This document shows positions 1 to 8,722 of a stretch of DNA of 57,901 nucleotides, piece by piece. Within the stretch, counting starts at the first letter, position 1; each line of letters starts with the position of its first letter. The position numbers and the translations under genes were made by a program. The notes below the pieces were generated by a model that was given only the letters and a program-made list of their open reading frames with translations, searched no databases and was not told the DNA's origin. The stretch is from Candidatus Saccharimonadia bacterium (GTDB lineage Bacteria > Patescibacteriota > Saccharimonadia > UBA4664 > SCTI01): contig JBKJLI010000003.1 in the NCBI GenBank assembly GCA_046597065.1, forward strand, positions 356,841-414,741, in the 5' to 3' direction.

Positions 1-1
1 T

Positions 2-760
2 GTAACTAGTGGCATCGCTATTATCAGTAATATCCAAAAAGAGCGTGAGGTGGAGGCGGTTAAAAGTGATTTTATCTCGATAGTTTCGCATGAGTTACGC
101 ACCCCGCTTACGGCAATTAAGGGCTTCATGAGTATGCTTTTGCAAAAAGATTTTGGCCCACTAACCGAGCGCCAATTTCACTTTTTAAACCGGGTGTACC
201 AAACTAATCAACGGATGATACACCTGGTTGAGGATTTGCTTGATGCTAGTTATATCGAAAGCGGCAAAATTCAACTAAAAGTTACCCCGCTTTCAATTGA
301 GCCAGTAATTAGTGACGTAGTTACCGAGCTAGCAGCAAAGGGCTTTGAGCGACAGATAATGCTTAAGGTCGGCCGTAAACAACGCCTACCATTGGTACTA
401 GCCGATGAGGTGCGCCTCCGCCAAATACTGGTGAACTTGGTCGATAATGCCATCAAATACTCCCTGCCCCATAGTGAAGTGGTAGTGGAGTTTAGGGTTC
501 ACGGTAGCGAGTTAGTTACAACCGTACGAGATCAGGGTGTTGGGATCTCGCCGTCTGATATTGAGCGGCTTTTTCAAAAGTTTGGGCGCATCTACAACCC
601 AATGAGCTTGCAGGCCGGCGGCAGTGGCATAGGACTATATATTGTTAAAAACTTAGTTGAGTCTCATGGGGGTCGTATCTGGGTAACCAGCCGGCCAAAC
701 AAGGGTAGCCGCTTCAATTTTAGTTTGCCAATTGCCAAGCAAATGCCACTTTTGCCCTAG
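2..760 (+). CDS. Sensor histidine kinase, catalytic C-terminal half (5' end outside window)
   Basis: The frame is open back to nt 2, so the GTG at 50 in the ORF track is internal. H-box FISIVSHELRTPL (HisKA), then HATPase_c boxes NLVDNAIKYS, RDQGVGISP, GGSGIGLYIVKNLVESHGG. Confidence 0.9.
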   Translation, partial: VTSGIAIISNIQKEREVEAVKSDFISIVSHELRTPLTAIKGFMSMLLQKDFGPLTERQFHFLNRVYQTNQRMIHLVEDLLDASYIESGKIQLKVTPLSIEPVISDVVTELAAKGFERQIMLKVGRKQRLPLVLADEVRLRQILVNLVDNAIKYSLPHSEVVVEFRVHGSELVTTVRDQGVGISPSDIERLFQKFGRIYNPMSLQAGGSGIGLYIVKNLVESHGGRIWVTSRPNKGSRFNFSLPIAKQMPLLP

Positions 761-834
761 TGGTATAATTGGTAACAGTTTCGCGCCTAATATACAGGCA
801 GGCGCCAGTGGATAGCAAACAAGGAGAATTGAAC

Positions 835-1212
835 ATGGCAAACATTATGTTGGTAGAAGATGATCTAATGTTGGTCGAAATGTATGAGGCCAAATTTGAT
901 ATGGAAGGCCACCAGATTGTGGTGGCAAGTAACGGCCAAGAGTGCCTGAACTTATTGGAGGGTTACACACCAGATATTATTTTGCTTGATATTTTGATGC
1001 CCAAAATGAACGGTTTCCACGTGCTAAAAGAGATAAAAAAGCAGCCTCAATTTCGAAATATTCCGGTAATTTTATTAACAAACTTAGGAGAAGCCCAGGT
1101 TGATATGAACGCCGAGCTGGCCACCGCCCTGGGTGTAAGCGACTACCTAATTAAATCTCATCATACTCCCGACGAGGTGGTTGAAAAGGTGATGAAAGCC
1201 CTGGCCAGCTAG
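835..1212 (+). CDS. Response regulator, receiver domain only (CheY-like, no output domain)
   Basis: MLVEDD, DIILLDILMPKMNG (phospho-acceptor Asp), ILLTNL, DYLIKS. ATG at 835 lies 8 nt after AAGGAG (821-826); the ORF-track start at 769 looks like a spurious 5' extension. Confidence 0.9.
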   Translation: MANIMLVEDDLMLVEMYEAKFDMEGHQIVVASNGQECLNLLEGYTPDIILLDILMPKMNGFHVLKEIKKQPQFRNIPVILLTNLGEAQVDMNAELATALGVSDYLIKSHHTPDEVVEKVMKALAS

Positions 1213-1244
1213 GGCTAACCACCGGGGAGGGGCCCATCGCCGCA

Positions 1245-1985
1245 ATGGCAACTTATAAAACTACCGGAATCGTAATCGGCCGTCACAACTTTGGCGAGGC
1301 CGATCGTGTTGTGGTACTGCTAACACCCGATCGAGGCGTGTTGCGGGTGGTGGCTAAAGGATTAAGGCGCATCAAAAGCCGTATGGCAGGTCATCTCGAG
1401 TTATTTTGCGAATCGGACTTAATGCTGGTTGAAGGCAAAAACATGGATATTATCACCTCGGCGCGTCTGCAGCATCATGTGTCGCTGGGAGACGATTACG
1501 ATCGAATGCGCCTGGCCTATTTAATTGCCGAAATGGTCGGTCGACTGGGTGGAGACGGCGATCATCCTGGGCTGTTTGAGCTGGTGCAGGCGGTTTTGGC
1601 GGCAATTGGAACCAGCAATAGTGGCGAAAGCAGTACTACTCTAGATCTCGATTTATTAGAGTTGTGGTTTAAGCTTAGACTGCTCGAAGTACTCGGCTAT
1701 CGGCCTCAACTTGATGCATGCGTTGTCTGCGGCACCAACGATTCGGCCCGCCATTACAGTTTTAGTTTTGAAAAAGGGGGGATTGTTGATGGTGGTTGCG
1801 CCGATGCCAGTAACCCGTCGCTGTCACACGATCAAATTAAGTTGTGGCGGATTTGTTTGGCGCGTGATTATAGCGTGGTGGCCCAAGTGGGTGAGGGTGC
1901 TTCGCTGGCTACGCCATCACTAGTGGTTTGTGACAATTTTTACTTGCATATATTTGGCAAAAAGTTTCGTTCGGACTCGGTCTAG
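1245..1985 (+). CDS. recO: DNA repair protein RecO
   Basis: Typical RecO N-terminus TTGIVIGRHNFGEADRVVVLLTPDRGVLRVVAKGLRRIKSR, plus the Cys motif CVVCG in the C-terminal half. Confidence 0.85.
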   Translation: MATYKTTGIVIGRHNFGEADRVVVLLTPDRGVLRVVAKGLRRIKSRMAGHLELFCESDLMLVEGKNMDIITSARLQHHVSLGDDYDRMRLAYLIAEMVGRLGGDGDHPGLFELVQAVLAAIGTSNSGESSTTLDLDLLELWFKLRLLEVLGYRPQLDACVVCGTNDSARHYSFSFEKGGIVDGGCADASNPSLSHDQIKLWRICLARDYSVVAQVGEGASLATPSLVVCDNFYLHIFGKKFRSDSV

Positions 1986-2093
1986 CTTTGTTGTTATGTA
2001 TCGAATTACGGTGATTTAAAAATTAGCGCAAGCTGCAATGCACTATATGCGGTTTTCGCTACGATCAAACTTTAACGTATAATAATCAATAAC

Positions 2094-3491
2094 ATGACAG
2101 CCCCAAAATCAGACGATCTTAAACCAACCATCGAAGATATTACCTCGCTTGCCAAGCGACGTGGCTTTATTTTCCAGGGCTCGGATATATATGGTGGCTT
2201 AGCCGGCACTTACGATTACGGCCCCTATGGTGTTACCCTTAAAAATAATCTTAAAAACCTGTGGTGGAACCATTTTGTAGAGAGCCGCGATGATATGTAT
2301 GGCATCGACTCCGCAATTTTAATGAACGCTAAAGTATGGCAGGCTAGTGGACACACCGGAGCCGGTTTTGCCGATCCACTAGTTGAAGACAAGGTTACCC
2401 GCAAACGTTATCGTGTTGACCATCTTCTAGAAGAGGCGGGGATCGACCCCAAAGGCATGACGCTCGAACAAATGAGCGCCGAAATTACCAAGCACAAACT
2501 AAAAAGTCCCGACGGCAACGAACTTAGCGCCGCCCGTCAGTTCAACTTAATGTTTGAGACCCGCGCCGGTGTGGTCGAAGACAGCTCCAGCCAGGTTTAC
2601 TTGCGCCCAGAAACCGCACAGGGCATGTTCGTAAACTTTAAAAACATCATCGACACCATTCACCCCAAGTTACCGTTCGGCATGGCCCAGATTGGCAAAG
2701 CTTTCCGCAACGAAATTACTCCCAAAGATTACATTTTTCGCACCCGTGAGTTTGAGCAGATGGAAATCGAGTATTTTATCGATCCGAAAGATTGGGAAAA
2801 TCAGTTTGAGGCTTGGCTTAAGTTAATGTACGGCTGGATCGAATTAATTGGCCTGCCAAAAGCCAAAGTTCATGAGCTCAACGTGCCTGCGGCCGACCGC
2901 GCTCACTACTCAAAAAAAACCATCGATTTAGAGTTTGAGTTTCCCTTTGGCACCAAAGAGCTTTACGGCCTAGCTTACCGCACCGATTTTGACCTGGCCA
3001 ACCACACCAAGCACAGCGGTAACGATTTAAGCTACCTTGATGCCCAAACCAACACACGTACCACTCCACACGTTTTAGAGCCCACCTTTGGTGTGGATCG
3101 TACGATCCTAGCGCTGCTAAGTTCGGCTTACACAATCGAGAGGGTGGGGGATGATACCCGCACAGTCCTTAAATTTAAGCCCAATATCGCTCCAGTCAAG
3201 GTGGCTGTTTCACCACTGTTGCGCAACAAGCCCGAGCTGGTTAAGCTGGCCGAACAGGTGTATCGCACCCTTAAAACAGAGTTTGGCGCCGTCATGTATG
3301 ATGACAACGGCAACATTGGCAAGCGCTACCGCCGCCAAGACGAGATTGGCACACCGCTGTGCGTGACCATCGATTTTGACTCATTAGAAGATAATGCAGT
3401 TACGGTTCGCCACCGCGATACTCTTAAACAGGTGCGCGTTAAGATCGATAAAATCATCCCCGAAATCACTTCGCAGCTCGACAAGTTTTAA
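2094..3491 (+). CDS. glyQS: Glycine--tRNA ligase, dimeric class II type
   Basis: RRGFIFQGSDIYGGLAGTYDYGPYG N-terminus, class II motif 2 FRNEITPKDYIFRTREFEQMEIEYF, motif 3 region EPTFGVDRT, anticodon-binding C-terminus YDDNGNIGKRYRRQDEIGTP. Confidence 0.95.
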   Translation: MTAPKSDDLKPTIEDITSLAKRRGFIFQGSDIYGGLAGTYDYGPYGVTLKNNLKNLWWNHFVESRDDMYGIDSAILMNAKVWQASGHTGAGFADPLVEDKVTRKRYRVDHLLEEAGIDPKGMTLEQMSAEITKHKLKSPDGNELSAARQFNLMFETRAGVVEDSSSQVYLRPETAQGMFVNFKNIIDTIHPKLPFGMAQIGKAFRNEITPKDYIFRTREFEQMEIEYFIDPKDWENQFEAWLKLMYGWIELIGLPKAKVHELNVPAADRAHYSKKTIDLEFEFPFGTKELYGLAYRTDFDLANHTKHSGNDLSYLDAQTNTRTTPHVLEPTFGVDRTILALLSSAYTIERVGDDTRTVLKFKPNIAPVKVAVSPLLRNKPELVKLAEQVYRTLKTEFGAVMYDDNGNIGKRYRRQDEIGTPLCVTIDFDSLEDNAVTVRHRDTLKQVRVKIDKIIPEITSQLDKF

Positions 3492-3506
3492 TAAAACTGG
3501 TATAAC
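3478..3506 (+). promoter_or_regulatory. Candidate sigma70-type promoter for the orphan cassette (TCGACA-17 nt-TATAAC)
   Basis: Hexamers at 3478-3483 and 3501-3506 with a 17-nt spacer, overlapping the glyQS stop. Sequence match only. Confidence 0.35.
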
Positions 3507-3550
3507 ATCTTAGATCTGTAGTTTCCCCGACAAAAGTAAGGAGCTCGCAG

Positions 3551-4015
3551 ATGAGCCTTGAAAGTAGTATCGCCTCGATGAGGTCTGACGGTCCAACGGT
3601 TGTGCCCGAACATGCTGTTGCACAGGTGTGTGGGCGGCTGGTAAAAGACGAGGTTGTGGCTCCTTTCAGGATGCAGCTCTCGCGCCTGCTTGCCCCGATG
3701 GGCGAGTTCAGCCTGGCCCTGATTCTCGATCCACACTCGCGCTCTGCGTTGGTGCGGCTGTACTCAAGGGATGAGGACGCTCAGGCATTCCTGAATCTTG
3801 GCCCAGATCATTCCAACTGCCCCAATAATCATCACATTCAAATTCGTGGAGTGGATGATTCAGAGGCTCCAGGTGCAACGGTGACCATCTATGGGCGTGC
3901 TGATAGCCTTGATGAGGCAGCACGTGTTCTACGGGTAGAGACCCGCATTCTCGAAGCCGCATCCGTCGTCCGCCTCGAGACCGGGGTCCCGTTCGACCTT
4001 CAATGGGCGCTTTAG
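3551..4015 (+). CDS. Hypothetical protein (154 aa), no recognisable motif
   Basis: ATG lies 7 nt after AAGGAG (3538-3543). The translation looks protein-like, while the antisense ORF 3708-4049 is Arg/Pro/Ser-rich nonsense. Visibly more G+C-rich than its neighbours. Confidence 0.6.
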   Translation: MSLESSIASMRSDGPTVVPEHAVAQVCGRLVKDEVVAPFRMQLSRLLAPMGEFSLALILDPHSRSALVRLYSRDEDAQAFLNLGPDHSNCPNNHHIQIRGVDDSEAPGATVTIYGRADSLDEAARVLRVETRILEAASVVRLETGVPFDLQWAL

Positions 4016-4055
4016 GGCGCTGCGTACAGAAACCAACCCTACTTCTCACCTGGAG

Positions 4056-4514
4056 GTGATGAATATTCCTATCTATGCGCCCGATTATGGGAGGCTGGTT
4101 CTTAGGGAGATGATTCAGGAGTTGTACCCAGGTATGAACCTTGGATCTGAACGCGTCGACTGTCGAAGGATGATGCGCTCACCAGATGATCGGTTCTGGG
4201 TTGTATTCGCCGAAAGCACAGCCTGCAGCCGCATACTTGTATACAAAACCGAAAAGTCCGCCGAGAGGTATAACGTCTCGACAAACGATCGTGCTCTCAT
4301 AGCTGTGGTAGGGGACTTTGACCGTGTCTCAATTACACAAAAAGTTCTACCCATCGGAGAAACCTGGATTGGTTGCCTCGAGATTCTGGCGCGTCAGATC
4401 GATGAGGCCCGAACGAGAGCCGTGTACAAGATCAACCGAGCACTCGGCGTCAAAGCCAAGAAAGCTGCAAAGTTGGCTAAGAAGAAGTCGAAGAAAAAGG
4501 CTAAGAAGCTTTAG
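4056..4514 (+). CDS. Hypothetical protein (152 aa) with a Lys-rich, histone H1-like C-terminal tail
   Basis: GGAGG at 4052-4056 overlaps the GTG/ATG start cluster (4056/4059). C-terminus is KAKKAAKLAKKKSKKKAKKL. Followed by two hairpins. Confidence 0.6.
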   Translation: MMNIPIYAPDYGRLVLREMIQELYPGMNLGSERVDCRRMMRSPDDRFWVVFAESTACSRILVYKTEKSAERYNVSTNDRALIAVVGDFDRVSITQKVLPIGETWIGCLEILARQIDEARTRAVYKINRALGVKAKKAAKLAKKKSKKKAKKL

Positions 4515-4524
4515 CCCAAACCTT

Positions 4525-4553
4525 GCCGCCCAGGAAAGATACCCCTGGGCGGC
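4525..4553 (+). terminator. GC-rich hairpin (10-bp stem GCCGCCCAGG/CCTGGGCGGC) after the orphan cassette
   Basis: Perfect 10-bp stem at 4525-4534 / 4544-4553, but no T-run directly after it. Confidence 0.45.
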
Positions 4554-4574
4554 AAACCGCCACACTACGTGGTT

Positions 4575-4602
4575 GACTACCTTAATTGGTGGTCTTTTTT
4601 TT
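4575..4602 (+). terminator. Rho-independent terminator
   Basis: Stem GACTACC/GGTGGTC (7 bp, one G-T pair), loop TTAATT, then T8 (4595-4602). Confidence 0.75.
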
Positions 4603-4681
4603 GTGGCAAAGGATGGCAGTTGGGCAAAAAAGCGACATTTGAACCATAAGTACTATCAATAGAAGTGAATTAAATCTTAAT

Positions 4682-4725
4682 GTGGGTAAAAGGGGGTTGA
4701 CGTGGGTAGTAGTGGGTAATATACT
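4682..4725 (+). promoter_or_regulatory. dcw (mra) promoter with phased GTGGG MraZ-box repeats
   Basis: TTGACG (4697-4702), 17-nt spacer, TATACT (4720-4725). GTGGGTA at 4682, 4702 and 4712 and GGGGGTT at 4692 give a 10-bp phasing across the promoter, as described for MraZ operators. Confidence 0.7.
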
Positions 4726-4779
4726 TTGAACCAATGAGTTGTATAGCAAATGGCTCATCGAGGGTTGAAATGGAGAGCA

Positions 4780-5151
4780 ATGAACAATTTCGAACGCAAA
4801 CTGGACGACAAGAATCGACTGACAATACCAGTCGAGGTCCGTGGCGAACTCGCAAACGGTTACATTGTACTCACCAAAGGATATGACAACACCCTGGCGC
4901 TATATTCGCAAAACTACTGGGAGCAGGTGATCGCACCGGCCCTAGAAGGCGATTTCCGTGATGTAGAGAGCTTTAGGCTCAACCGCCAGATCCAGTCCGG
5001 GCAAACCATTATGAAACTGGATGCCAAACAGGGGCGTGTCACCATAGAGCAGCGGTTTTTAGACTACGCCGGCATCACCAAAACTGTGAATGCCTTTCGG
5101 GTTAAAACCAGCGGCGATAAATCCTACTGGGCCATCGAAGCCGTAAAATAG
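4780..5151 (+). CDS. mraZ: Transcriptional regulator MraZ
   Basis: FERKLDDKNRLTIPVEVR and a second SpoVT/AbrB-like half, KLDAKQGRVTIEQRF. The ATG at 4780 gives a canonical N-terminus; the track start at 4750 is probably an extension. Confidence 0.85.
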   Translation: MNNFERKLDDKNRLTIPVEVRGELANGYIVLTKGYDNTLALYSQNYWEQVIAPALEGDFRDVESFRLNRQIQSGQTIMKLDAKQGRVTIEQRFLDYAGITKTVNAFRVKTSGDKSYWAIEAVK

Positions 5152-5516
5152 GCGATCGGCCCATACAAACCAGATAGTAAGCACTTGTTCCTTAAAAACC
5201 AAAACAAAAATTCAAGAATACCTGCTTGGCAGTCAGCAAAACGGTCCGAGGGATCCGTAAAACCCTGGCTCCTAGCAACAAAAAAACTCCACCTCACACA
5301 ATCGTTATAAGGAATCCGCCACAATTCTTTCGGAATTATGACATTTCCTTACCACAACAACTCGCTGGCTCATCTTGAGTCAGCCACTCTCACAAAAACC
5401 AAAACTTCAAACAGAAGTTGGCTGCTGAGCAGGTGACCTTGAAAACCCCGGCACCGGGAGGCTCGCACTAATTTGGTCACCACCAAGCGGCCAACCTTTG
5501 CCAACTAAGAGAACCG

Positions 5517-6446
5517 ATGACCCAACCCACCCACATTCCAGTACTCTCAAAAGCGGTCGTAAACCTACTGGATCCACAGTCAGGCGAGCGTTACTTTGAT
5601 GGAACCGCTGGTTATGGGGGACACGCCGAGTTGATTGCCGAGCGTATTGGGCCAAGAGGCCGATTGATCCTAGTTGATCGCGACCCCCAGGCCATAACAG
5701 CGCTAACGGCCAAGTTTGGCAAACGGGCCAATGTTATCGCAACCGACTACCTAGCTGCTGCTAAGGCTTTACGCCATGCCGGCGAACAGGTGGATATGGT
5801 GCTTTTAGATCTGGGGGTATCGTCACCACAGCTTGACAGTAGTGAGCGAGGCTTTAGCTTTCGCTTTGATGGACCACTCGATATGCGCATGGACACTAGC
5901 GCGGCTGAAACTGCCGCCGACTTGGTTAACACCCTGCGTGAAGGCGAGCTAGCCGATATCATTTATCGCTACGGCGAAGAGCGCCATTCGCGCCGCATCG
6001 CCAAAGCCATAGTCGCAGCCCGGCCCATTACTACCACTAAACAGCTGGCTGATTTGGTCGCGCGCACCATTGGGCGCCGCGGTGAAATCCACCCAGCCAC
6101 CCGCACCTTTCAGGCAATACGCATCTACTTAAATGATGAACTCGGCCAGCTCGAGGCTGCTTTACCGGTGTTGGTTGAGCTACTCAAGCCTGGTGGACGC
6201 ATAGCGGTTATCAGCTTTCATTCACTTGAAGACCGAATCGTTAAAGAGTTCATTAACCAAGAGATTCGTGACTGTATCTGCCCACCAGAGCAGCCGGTTT
6301 GCACCTGCCAGCACCACGCAACCTTGCAGAAACTAACCAAAAAGGTTGTCAGTGGCGCCACCGAAGATACTTCTAACCCGCGTGCCCGGAGCGCTAAACT
6401 CCGAGCCGCAGTGAAGCTAAACCAAAACCAAAAGGAGAAAATATGA
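5517..6446 (+). CDS. rsmH: 16S rRNA (cytosine1402-N4)-methyltransferase RsmH
   Basis: HIPVL, DGTAGYGGHA, LLDLGVSSPQLD, RGFSF, GPLDMRM, ISFHSLEDRIVK, NPRARSAKLR. Confidence 0.95.
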   Translation: MTQPTHIPVLSKAVVNLLDPQSGERYFDGTAGYGGHAELIAERIGPRGRLILVDRDPQAITALTAKFGKRANVIATDYLAAAKALRHAGEQVDMVLLDLGVSSPQLDSSERGFSFRFDGPLDMRMDTSAAETAADLVNTLREGELADIIYRYGEERHSRRIAKAIVAARPITTTKQLADLVARTIGRRGEIHPATRTFQAIRIYLNDELGQLEAALPVLVELLKPGGRIAVISFHSLEDRIVKEFINQEIRDCICPPEQPVCTCQHHATLQKLTKKVVSGATEDTSNPRARSAKLRAAVKLNQNQKEKI

Positions 6447-6627
6447 CACTACAGATCAAAAACCAGTCTCCCCGCGCTCGTCGCGTACTTGTCCGCGTTG
6501 TTAGTCGCTAAGACTACCAGTATCTGACACTAGCGATTGGCGGCGACAAAAAAGAGATGAGCGCTGCCAATCGCCCATGGAACTAAAAAAACCAAAACAT
6601 CAAAAAACCAAAGGAACCCAAGTCATT

Positions 6628-6948
6628 ATGAGCACCGCTACTATCGCCGTTAGGCGCAACCAAAACTTGTATCGCAGTAAATCTGATCTACATCTTGGCC
6701 CGGTATCAAGCAGCGTTGTAATGGTCGCAGTTGTGGCAGTTTTGGCCCTGTTGTACCTTACTCAGATCACTAAAACCAGCGTGTTTGGTTATCAGTTAAC
6801 CGAACTGCAGACTCAACGTACGCAGGCCGTCTCCGCCAAGCAAGAGCTAGAGGTCGAGGCCGCCCGTTTAACCTCAATTCAACAAATACAAAACTCCAAA
6901 GCCGTAAGCGGTCTGGTGCCCACCGGCCAGGTTAGTTACGCCAAGTAA
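6628..6948 (+). CDS. FtsL-like small bitopic cell-division protein
   Basis: Lies between rsmH and ftsI. One TM helix (VVMVAVVAVLALLYL) followed by a coiled-coil-like segment. The start could also be 6577. Confidence 0.6.
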   Translation: MSTATIAVRRNQNLYRSKSDLHLGPVSSSVVMVAVVAVLALLYLTQITKTSVFGYQLTELQTQRTQAVSAKQELEVEAARLTSIQQIQNSKAVSGLVPTGQVSYAK

Positions 6949-6971
6949 TCGCTAGAACTGGTGTCGAGCCT

Positions 6972-8696
6972 ATGAATCCACGCCGCCGCTTATTTACACT
7001 TAGGTTGCTGCTGTTTGGTTTGGGCATTTTGGTACTGGCCCGGTTAGGCTATTTGCAGATTGTGCAACATGGTTACTACACCGCCCTAGCCGCTGGGGAG
7101 CACCAACGTAAGTATGAGCTTCCGGCAGCTCGTGGACAGATCTATTTGCAAGACGGTGACACTAAAGTGCCGCTAGCGCTTAACCAGACGTTAAAGCTAA
7201 TGTACGCCGACCCTAGCATTATTGTTGATAAGGCCGATACCGCCCGCAAGCTTTCGGCAGTTACCGGCCAGCCGCCCGAACGTTACATTGATGCCATGTC
7301 GAAGGCCAAGGAGTACGCTGTGCTTCAAGCCCGGCTAGATGAAGCTACCGCCACCAAAATCAAGAACTTGCGCTTAACCGGAGTTGGCTTAATTAACCAA
7401 ACCTACCGCACTTATCCCGAAGGGTCACTTGCTAGCCAGTCGCTTGGTTTCGTAAATAATGATGGCCAAGGGCAGTATGGATTAGAAGGCTTCTTAAACA
7501 AAGAGCTCAGCGGCCTGCCGGGGCTACTAAACGCTAAGACCGATACCAACGGTGTACCGATCGCGACTAGTGACAACCTCAGTAAGGCTCCAGTAGATGG
7601 CACCAGTGTGGTTTTAACGCTTGATCGAAATATCCAGGCCCAGGCCGAAAAATTCTTAAAAGCCGGAGTTGAGACGGTGCGGGCTGATTCTGGCAGTGTA
7701 GTGGTGATTGACCCGAATACTGGTGCGGTTAAGGCCATGGCCAATTTTCCCACCTACGACCCAAACGATTATGCCAAAACCACCGATTATAGCCGATTTA
7801 GCAACGCCATTGTTAGCGACCGCTTTGAGCCTGGTAGTGGATTCAAAGTTTTTACCATGGCGGCTGGTTTGGACAGTGGCAAAATAAAGTCTGAAACCAC
7901 TTATAACGACACTGGGTGTATCGAAATCAGCCGTCATCAAATCTGCAACGCCGCCAACCATAAAGATGGACCTGATACCAATATGACCAAAGTGCTACGT
8001 GACTCACTAAACACGGGAGTCGTGTTTGTTCTAAAATCGTTGGGCAGCGATCCTAATGCCATAACCAGCGCTGGTAAAAAACTATTTTACAGCTACATCA
8101 GCGACCGATTTCACTTTGGTCGCAAAACCGGCATCGAGCAGGCAGGTGAGGCGGCCGGTGTGGTTAACCCACCTTCAAGTAACGACACCAATTATGCCAA
8201 TATGACCTTTGGTCAGGGCTTGTCGGTTACGCTTTTGCAGATGACCAGCGCCGTTGGAGCAATTGCCAATGGGGGAACGCTTTACCAGCCCTACTTGGTT
8301 GCCAAGCGCACCAAAGTGGATGGCACTACTCAAACCACTTCCCCCAAAGCTACCGTAAACAATGTCATGTCAAAAACCGCCGCTCATGACTTAACTGAGA
8401 TGATGAAGGTGGTGGTACAACATGGTTCCGGGTACTTAGCATACACTCCCGGTTACAATATCGCTGGCAAAACCGGCACCGCCCAAATACCCAACCCATC
8501 TGGGCCCGGCTACTTAGATAACCAAAATATCGGTACTTTTGTTGGATTTGCGCCGGCAGAAGCGCCCAAATTTGTAGTAATGGTGCGGATTAACAAACCC
8601 AAGATCGAGGGCTTTGCCGAGAAAACTACAGTACCGGTGTTTGCTAACCTGACCCGTTGGTTACTTCAGTATTACTCGGTTCCGCCAAGTGGTTAA
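6972..8696 (+). CDS. ftsI: Penicillin-binding protein 2B/3 type transpeptidase (FtsI)
   Basis: N-terminal TM, PBP dimerisation region, transpeptidase motifs SGFK (SxxK), SLN (SxN) and KTGTA (KTG). Confidence 0.9.
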   Translation: MNPRRRLFTLRLLLFGLGILVLARLGYLQIVQHGYYTALAAGEHQRKYELPAARGQIYLQDGDTKVPLALNQTLKLMYADPSIIVDKADTARKLSAVTGQPPERYIDAMSKAKEYAVLQARLDEATATKIKNLRLTGVGLINQTYRTYPEGSLASQSLGFVNNDGQGQYGLEGFLNKELSGLPGLLNAKTDTNGVPIATSDNLSKAPVDGTSVVLTLDRNIQAQAEKFLKAGVETVRADSGSVVVIDPNTGAVKAMANFPTYDPNDYAKTTDYSRFSNAIVSDRFEPGSGFKVFTMAAGLDSGKIKSETTYNDTGCIEISRHQICNAANHKDGPDTNMTKVLRDSLNTGVVFVLKSLGSDPNAITSAGKKLFYSYISDRFHFGRKTGIEQAGEAAGVVNPPSSNDTNYANMTFGQGLSVTLLQMTSAVGAIANGGTLYQPYLVAKRTKVDGTTQTTSPKATVNNVMSKTAAHDLTEMMKVVVQHGSGYLAYTPGYNIAGKTGTAQIPNPSGPGYLDNQNIGTFVGFAPAEAPKFVVMVRINKPKIEGFAEKTTVPVFANLTRWLLQYYSVPPSG

Positions 8697-8722
8697 ACAG
8701 TGGTAAAATAAGCTAAAGCCTA

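Noticed and set aside
769-834. 5' extensions in the ORF track (769-834, 4750-4779, 24915-24929, 27098-27118, 27988-28005, 28638-28757, 43207-43248, 48207-48305, 52944-52967, 57607-57651).
   Set aside because: In each case an internal start with a better RBS, a canonical protein N-terminus, or a start/stop overlap (ATGA/GTGA) with the upstream gene explains the data better. The extension overlaps a neighbour or a terminator.
6443-6511. 22-codon ORF overlapping the rsmH stop (MTLQIKNQSPRARRVLVRVVSR), and a 32-codon ORF at 5338-5436.
   Set aside because: Neither has a Shine-Dalgarno sequence or any supporting feature. Both are too short to call without conservation or Ribo-seq data.
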